This document shows positions 45,280 to 50,787 of a stretch of DNA of 50,787 nt, in pieces. Origin of the DNA: Lysobacterales bacterium CG_4_10_14_3_um_filter_64_11. GTDB lineage: Bacteria; Pseudomonadota; Gammaproteobacteria; Xanthomonadales; Xanthomonadaceae. Each line of letters opens with the position of its first letter. Position 1 is the first letter of the stretch. The stretch covers positions 1 to 50,787 of the forward strand of contig PFJA01000286.1 in the NCBI GenBank assembly GCA_002782905.1, written 5' to 3'. The position numbers and the translations under genes were made by a program. The notes beneath the pieces were generated by a model that did no database searches, was not told the DNA's origin, and saw only the letters and a list, made by a program, of their open reading frames with translations.

Positions 45280-47181
45280 TTACAGCCCCGCCACGTTGCG
45301 CACATCGGCAAGCGCCGGCCAGCGTGCCAGAATCGCCCGGCGAATGCCTGCCGCGTCGATACCGGCTTCGGCAAGCAGCTCGTCGCGGCTGGCGTGCTGT
45401 TGAAAGGCATCCGGCAGGCCAAGATGTAGAATCGGTACGGTCATCCCTTCCGCGGCCAGCAGTTCGGCCACACCGGCGCCCGCGCCGCCGGCGATGACGT
45501 TGTCCTCGATGGTGACCAGCGCCTCATGGCTGCGCGCCAGGCGCAGGATCAGTTCACGATCCAGCGGTTTGACGAAGCGCATGTTGACCACGCTCAGGCC
45601 GAGCTCGGCCGCCACCGTTTCCGCCGCTGCCAGCGGCGAACCAAACGCCAGCAGCGCGATGCGGCTGCCGTGACGGCGCAATTCCGCCGTGCCGATGGGC
45701 AGCGTATCAAGCGCCGCCTGCACCGCCACGCCGGGGCCATTGCCGCGCGGATAACGCACGGCCGCCGGGCCGGCATGCGCAAAGCCGGTGCTGAGCAGTT
45801 GCCGGCATTCATTTTCGTTGCTCGGCGCCATCACCAGCAGGTTCGGGATGCAGCGCAGAAAGCTCAGATCGAAGCTGCCGGCGTGGGTAGCGCCATCAGG
45901 GCCGACCACACCGGCACGGTCGAGTGCGAACAGCACGTCGAGATTCTGGATCGCAACATCGTGGATCAGTTGATCGTAGCCGCGTTGCAAGAACGTCGAA
46001 TAGATCGCGACGACTGGCTTCATGCCCTCGCAGGCCATGCCGGCAGCCAGCGTTACCGCGTGTTGTTCGGCGATGGCAACGTCGAAATAGCGCGCCGGAT
46101 ATTGCTTGCTGAAGCGGACCAGACCCGAGCCTTCACGCATCGCCGGGGTGATGCCGAGCAAGCGGCTGTCGGCTGCCGCCATGTCGCACAGCCAGTCGCC
46201 GAACACCTCGGTATAGCTGGGCTTGGCCGCTGCCGATTTTTTCACCACGCCCAGCTCGGGGTCGAACGGGCCGACCGCGTGGTAACCGATCTGATCGCCC
46301 TCGGCCAGTTCGTAGCCCTTGCCCTTGGTGGTGATCACATGCAGCAATTGCGGCCCCTTGAGGCCCTTGAGCGTGTTCAGCGCGGTGAGCAGTGCCGGCA
46401 GGTTGTGGCCATCGATCGGGCCGGTGTAGTGGAAGCCCATTTCCTCAAACAGGGTCGACGGCACGAACATGCCCTTCCAGTGTTCTTCCCAGCGCCGCAT
46501 GAAGCGCGCGGTGGGGCGGTTCTTGTCGCCGAGCAGGCGCTTGCCGCCCTCGCGCAGCGAATTGAGTGTGCGGTTGGTCATGATCCGGCCAAACATCTTG
46601 GTCAGGCCACCGACATTTTCGGAGATCGACATCTGGTTGTCGTTGAGCACCACCAGCAGGTTCGGCTCGGGCTCGACGCCGCCGGCATGATTGAGTGCTT
46701 CATAAGCCATGCCGGCCGTCATCGCGCCATCGCCAATGACCGCTACCACACGCCGCTCATCGCCGCGTTGCGCCAGCGCCAGTGCCATGCCCAGCGCCGC
46801 CGAGATCGAGGTCGAACTGTGGCCGACACCGAACGCGTCGTACGCGCTTTCCTCACGCTTCGGGAACGGCGCAATGCCGTCCTTGAGCTTCACGGTCTTG
46901 ATCCGGTCGCGGCGGCCGCTGAGGATCTTGTGCGGGTAGCACTGGTGGCCGACATCCCAGACCACGCGATCGTCCGGGGTGTTGAACACGTAGTGCAGGG
47001 CGACGGTGAGTTCGATCACGCCAAGGCCGGCAGCAAAATGGCCGCCCACCTTGGCGACCGTCTCGATCAGGTAGGCGCGCAGTTCATCGGCGACCGCGGT
47101 GAGCTGGTCTTCGGCAACGCCGCGCAGATCGCTGGGCACGGCAATCTGCGATAGCAAGGGGTAGCGGCTGGGGTCGATCAT
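45280..47181 (-). CDS. dxs: 1-deoxy-D-xylulose-5-phosphate synthase
   Basis: Full-length Dxs by recognition: [18 protein letters not shown], the TPP motif [15 protein letters not shown], and [13 protein letters not shown]. Confidence 0.95.
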   Translation of the reverse strand: MIDPSRYPLLSQIAVPSDLRGVAEDQLTAVADELRAYLIETVAKVGGHFAAGLGVIELTVALHYVFNTPDDRVVWDVGHQCYPHKILSGRRDRIKTVKLKDGIAPFPKREESAYDAFGVGHSSTSISAALGMALALAQRGDERRVVAVIGDGAMTAGMAYEALNHAGGVEPEPNLLVVLNDNQMSISENVGGLTKMFGRIMTNRTLNSLREGGKRLLGDKNRPTARFMRRWEEHWKGMFVPSTLFEEMGFHYTGPIDGHNLPALLTALNTLKGLKGPQLLHVITTKGKGYELAEGDQIGYHAVGPFDPELGVVKKSAAAKPSYTEVFGDWLCDMAAADSRLLGITPAMREGSGLVRFSKQYPARYFDVAIAEQHAVTLAAGMACEGMKPVVAIYSTFLQRGYDQLIHDVAIQNLDVLFALDRAGVVGPDGATHAGSFDLSFLRCIPNLLVMAPSNENECRQLLSTGFAHAGPAAVRYPRGNGPGVAVQAALDTLPIGTAELRRHGSRIALLAFGSPLAAAETVAAELGLSVVNMRFVKPLDRELILRLARSHEALVTIEDNVIAGGAGAGVAELLAAEGMTVPILHLGLPDAFQQHASRDELLAEAGIDAAGIRRAILARWPALADVRNVAGL

Positions 47182-47257
47182 TGCCTGTCACATCAGTGCA
47201 AAGCGTGATTTTCGGCCGTTCGGCCGGCCGCGGCAAGGCGCATCGCCCAATTGTGCG

Positions 47258-48262
47258 TTAGCGTTTGCCGCGCAGGCGGTCAAACAACCCGGTTTTTGCC
47301 ACTTGCTCGGGTTCGGGCTCGGGCACCCGCTCGACGTGTGCGAACCCGGAGGCGAGATTGGCATTGACAAAATCAATGACCTCGCTGACCGGCGCTGTGC
47401 TCAGCTCGGCAATCTCGGCAATCGTCGCCGGGCCCTTCATCATCGTCGTGGCGATGCGGAAATGCTTGGGGAACTCGCGTTCGATCTGTGGCCACTTGCT
47501 GAGCGAGAAGCGCTCGTCCAGGGAATACCCTTCGGCCAGTGTGCCTTCGCCCCCAACCAACGCAAACAACCAGCGCAGCCGCGCCATGGGTTGCGCGCCG
47601 CCTTTTTTGACCACCTCGGCGAAGGCTGCCGCATCGACGGTGCGCAGCTCGTGCGCAGGCATATCGCCCTGGCAGAAAGGCAGCAGTGCCTTGAGTGAGC
47701 TCGGCCCGAAATACACCCGCGTTTCCGGATCGAGCACCAACGGCTCGGCGCCACTGCGGGTAATGCAAACCGGCTGCTGCAACGCGCCCGGCACCAGATA
47801 ATCGCCCAGACGCGGCGCGCGTGGCGGTGGCGGCGGTGCTGGCGCCGCCGTGGCGGGGGCGGCAGCGCTGGCAACCGTGGCGGCTTGCTGCGGTATCGCA
47901 GCGGTGGGTGCCGCGGCGACCGCTTTCGCCGGTGCCGATGACTCGGCCAGCGGCGCGGCAGCCTGCACGGTGCGCATCAATTCGCAGAGCGCGTCTGCGC
48001 TCACCGGACGCGCCAGGCGCAAACCCGGTTCACTGCGGCTACCGGCAGTCAGCGGGATGACGGTTTGCTCGCCCTGCCGCGCACGCAGCCAGGTCATTTG
48101 CCCGTAAATCGAGTCGATATCGACCACCAGCACGTCGGCACTGCGTTCGTCACGCAATTGAAATGCGCGCCCAGTGCTGGCGTTGGCTGCATCAAATAGC
48201 ACGTGTAATCCATCGCGCTCGTCCGGCTCCATACCGGTAAAACACCATCCTCGCATGAACAT
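47258..48262 (-). CDS. hypothetical protein with a long Ala/Pro-rich linker, unknown family
   Basis: Start chosen at MFMRGW (ATG 48262) because GGAGGGGGA lies immediately upstream. Layout is an N-terminal module of about 100 aa, an A/P-rich low-complexity linker (aa about 105-160), then a C-terminal module of about 170 aa ending in a helix-rich segment (PATIAEIAELSTAPVSEVIDFVNANLASGFA). Confidence 0.6.
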   Translation of the reverse strand: MFMRGWCFTGMEPDERDGLHVLFDAANASTGRAFQLRDERSADVLVVDIDSIYGQMTWLRARQGEQTVIPLTAGSRSEPGLRLARPVSADALCELMRTVQAAAPLAESSAPAKAVAAAPTAAIPQQAATVASAAAPATAAPAPPPPPRAPRLGDYLVPGALQQPVCITRSGAEPLVLDPETRVYFGPSSLKALLPFCQGDMPAHELRTVDAAAFAEVVKKGGAQPMARLRWLFALVGGEGTLAEGYSLDERFSLSKWPQIEREFPKHFRIATTMMKGPATIAEIAELSTAPVSEVIDFVNANLASGFAHVERVPEPEPEQVAKTGLFDRLRGKR

Positions 48263-48352
48263 CCCCCTCCGGATTCGAGCGCGGCGCGCCATCAAAGCTG
48301 CGCAAGTGTCCGGGAATTGGCTACTTGCGTCAATTGGTTGCGGTGGTTGCGC

Positions 48353-49000
48353 TCAGCCGCTCAGCCGCGCCCGCCGCGGCAGATGGCTTTTCAAAAACGC
48401 CATTTGGTCGGCCAGGATGTTGCGGTTGGACAGGATCAGATGTTCCACCCAACTGGGCCGGAATGGCACCGCCAGCAGCGGCATGCTGGCCTGTTGCGGG
48501 GTGCGGTTGCCCTTGCGCGAATTGCAGCCGATGCAGGCAGACACCACGTTTTCCCAGATGTCGCGGCCACCGCGCGAAATCGGCTGTACGTGGTCGCGGG
48601 TCAGTTGATGGCGGCCGAGTTCATTGCCACAGTACAGGCAAAGATGGCCGTCACGGGCAAACAAGGCGGTGTTGGTCAGCGCCGGCGTTGGGTCGATGGC
48701 ACCCGCGCGCGCATGCCCGCGCGCGGCGATGATCGAGTGCAATTCGAGCACGCTCTGGCGGCCGCTGCCACGGTTGGTGCCGCCGCGCACCACCAGGCAG
48801 GGGATGCCCAGGGTCCAGACGACGGCATCACGTGCATACAGGCAGGCGGCATCCTGCCAGCTGATCCAGTTCAGGATGCGGCCATGGGCATCGAGCGAGA
48901 GTACGCGCGGCGGATGCGCGGTGCCGGCAAAAACCGGCTGTGCCGGGAACGGAACGATTCCGGCGGAGAGGTGGCGTGGACCGGTAATGACGGTATCCAT
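48353..49000 (-). CDS. HNH endonuclease-domain protein
   Basis: HNH/zinc-ribbon motif CLYCG...TRDHVQPISRGG...WENVVSACIGCNSRKGNR. An uncharacterised domain of about 120 aa lies N-terminal to it. Confidence 0.8.
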   Translation of the reverse strand: MDTVITGPRHLSAGIVPFPAQPVFAGTAHPPRVLSLDAHGRILNWISWQDAACLYARDAVVWTLGIPCLVVRGGTNRGSGRQSVLELHSIIAARGHARAGAIDPTPALTNTALFARDGHLCLYCGNELGRHQLTRDHVQPISRGGRDIWENVVSACIGCNSRKGNRTPQQASMPLLAVPFRPSWVEHLILSNRNILADQMAFLKSHLPRRARLSG

Positions 49001-49053
49001 TGCCCACTGAGCATAAAGCAAAACCGTGACGTTTTGTTGCTGATGGCGCGCGT

Positions 49054-49539
49054 TTACAGCGGTTTTGCCAGTCGCAGCATGTCAGTGTGGTAGCCGGCCG
49101 CCTGATACACCGCCAATGCCCGCGTGTTGCCCGGGAAAGCGCCCAGTGTCAGCCGCTCACAGCGATGCTCGCGCGCGAATGCCTCGGCGTAGTCAAGCAA
49201 TGCCCGGCCCAGGCCGCGTCCATCCCAGTGCGTCGCCACCGCAATGTCAGAGATATGACAATTCATCTTGCCCGAAAAATGATCGGTGACCAATTGCAGG
49301 TGCAAAAAACCGGCGGCGCTGCCATCGTCGGTTTCGGCGATCAGCAGAAAACTGCCGGGATGCGGTTCTTCGAGGTGCTTGAGCAGGTCGCGGTGGATGC
49401 CATCGGCCACCACTGGCCGCTTGCGCCCGGGCGGCAGCTCAAAATCGACGAACCGTGGCACCAGAGAAAGGATGAAATCATCATCACCGGGCTGTGCTGC
49501 GCGCATGAGCAACTCGGTGTCACCGACCTGGATATGCAT
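49054..49539 (-). CDS. GNAT-family N-acetyltransferase
   Basis: Acetyl-CoA binding motif A appears as IAVATHWDGRGLGRALLDYAEAFA. Length is about 160 aa. Start set at MHIQVGD (ATG 49539). Confidence 0.82.
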   Translation of the reverse strand: MHIQVGDTELLMRAAQPGDDDFILSLVPRFVDFELPPGRKRPVVADGIHRDLLKHLEEPHPGSFLLIAETDDGSAAGFLHLQLVTDHFSGKMNCHISDIAVATHWDGRGLGRALLDYAEAFAREHRCERLTLGAFPGNTRALAVYQAAGYHTDMLRLAKPL

Positions 49540-49748
49540 GCTGATTGGCGCTTTTTTGGGTTGGTTGGGCCGAACGTTGGCCGTGCTCACGCACAAGACT
49601 ACCGAACTGGCGCAAATGCGCAACTGCCAGCGGCTGGCCTTCACCGATATTTAACCCAAACTCACGCACTATCGCCCGCCGTGCAGCGCGCGGCACGGCG
49701 TTTGCGGCGTGTACACCGTTACCGATGTCATCATCAGGAAAACCCATC

Positions 49749-50759
49749 ATGAAAGATCGCTTGCCGTGTGCGCTGTGTCTGGTGCTGGGATTGGGGCATG
49801 CCATGGCCCAGGACGCCGCGCCGCCAGCGGCACCGGAACCGGCCACCACGCGCATGGCAACGCTCGTCGTCAGCGGCAAGCAACCCGGGCCGGGCCTTTG
49901 GCGGGTCAGCAAGGACGATCACGATCTGTGGATTCTCGGCACCCTGTCGCCGTTGCCCAAACGTATGCAGTGGGAATCGGGCAAGGTTGAGCGGCTGCTC
50001 GCGCGCTCGCAGGAGCTGCTGGCACAACCCGCGGTGACGGTCAATGCCAAGGTTGGATTTTTCGCGCGTCTGGCATTGATACCGACCGCGCTGCGCGCGC
50101 GCAACAACCCCGATGGCAGGCCGCTGCGCGACCAGGTATCGCCTTCCTTGTATGCGCGTTGGCTGGCACTGAAGCAGCGCTACATCGGGCGCAGCAAATC
50201 GATCGAGAAACGGCGGCCGATCATGGCGGCAAAAGCGCTGTACGAAGAAGCGCTCGATGACAACACGCTGAGCGAAAAAAACCGGGTCTGGCCGGTGCTG
50301 GTCAAGGCAGCGAAGAAACGCAAGCTGACGATTACCGTGCCGACGGTGAGCATCCAAATTGCCGATGCCAAGGCTACCCTGAAGGAGTTTGCAAAAACGG
50401 CGCTCGATGATGAGACGTGCTTTGCCACCACCTTGGAGCGGCTGGAAACCGACATGGACAACATGAAGGCGCGCGCCAACGCCTGGGCGGTGGGCGATGT
50501 GCCGGCATTGATTGCGCTGCCGCATCCGGATCAACGCGGCGCCTGCGACGATGCGCTGCTGGCGACGGCAATTGCCGAAAAGCAGGGCATGGCGGATCTG
50601 CGTGAACAAGTGCGCACGCGCTGGTTGCAGGCGGCCGACGCGGCGTTGCTCAAGAACGAATCGACGGTTGCCGTGATGGCAATCGAGAGCCTGTTGGGCG
50701 ACGACGGGTTTCTGGCTGCGCTGCGCGAGCGTGGCTACGATGTGGTGGCGCCGGAGTAG
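49749..50759 (+). CDS. exported TraB/GumN-family protein
   Basis: Signal peptide (LPCALCLVLGLGHAMAQ). PGPGLWRVSKDDHDLWILGT is typical of the TraB/GumN family. Start at ATG 49749. Confidence 0.8.
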   Translation: MKDRLPCALCLVLGLGHAMAQDAAPPAAPEPATTRMATLVVSGKQPGPGLWRVSKDDHDLWILGTLSPLPKRMQWESGKVERLLARSQELLAQPAVTVNAKVGFFARLALIPTALRARNNPDGRPLRDQVSPSLYARWLALKQRYIGRSKSIEKRRPIMAAKALYEEALDDNTLSEKNRVWPVLVKAAKKRKLTITVPTVSIQIADAKATLKEFAKTALDDETCFATTLERLETDMDNMKARANAWAVGDVPALIALPHPDQRGACDDALLATAIAEKQGMADLREQVRTRWLQAADAALLKNESTVAVMAIESLLGDDGFLAALRERGYDVVAPE

Positions 50760-50787
50760 CGGCAGGTTCTGCGGGCGACGAGGTGCT

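Noticed and set aside
47820-47960. GC-rich repetitive stretch (GGCGGTGGCGGCGG...) that might be a tandem repeat or VNTR.
   Set aside because: It encodes the Ala/Pro-rich linker of the 47258-48262 protein. The repeat units are irregular, so this is low-complexity coding sequence rather than a discrete tandem repeat.
1-50787. CRISPR arrays, rRNA genes, integrases, transposases and prophage modules.
   Set aside because: No regularly spaced direct repeats, no rRNA-like conserved stretches and no recombinase or transposase-like ORFs were seen on either strand.

Overview
High-GC (about two-thirds G+C by eye) gammaproteobacterial chromosome segment. Gene content, REP-type repeats and codon bias suggest Xanthomonadales/Lysobacterales, but that assignment is inference. 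I can support about 40 protein genes. Housekeeping genes are uvrD, ftsE, ftsX, ung, rpoH, aceK, rluE, prmC, oxyR, dinB and dxs. Between them sit many exported hydrolases and binding proteins: an amidohydrolase, an M61-like metallopeptidase, a Tat-exported M19 dipeptidase, two signal-peptide RidA paralogs, an M1 aminopeptidase, a TonB-dependent receptor, a TRAP solute-binding protein and a lipoprotein methyltransferase. There is also a PAS-MCP with a REC-REC regulator, and an oxyR-rubrerythrin-FeS-DUF3501 block. I found no rRNA, tRNA, CRISPR array, integrase, transposase or prophage genes. Most long ORFs in the track that lie antisense to these genes are high-GC shadow ORFs. Cis elements readable from the sequence are a yybP-ykoY (Mn2+) riboswitch ahead of a TerC/Alx gene, a sigmaE-type promoter ahead of rpoH, and an OxyR-type tetrameric box ahead of rubrerythrin. 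There are also two copies of an IS5-like MITE, each starting at the TAA stop of a gene, and several REP-type palindromic repeats. The best candidate for something undescribed is a 1401-aa, internally duplicated, polytopic envelope protein (32908-37113, minus strand). It lies between an exported M1 aminopeptidase and prmC, and overlaps the prmC start by 8 nt. Secondary candidates are a TonB receptor / exported RidA / Tat-exported M19 dehydropeptidase operon, an AT-richer islet with a frameshifted small exported protein next to a patatin-like phospholipase, an orphan gspF abutting ftsE where ftsY is expected, and an HNH plus unknown-protein pair upstream of dxs. All family calls rest on motif recognition in the translations. 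No database search was run.
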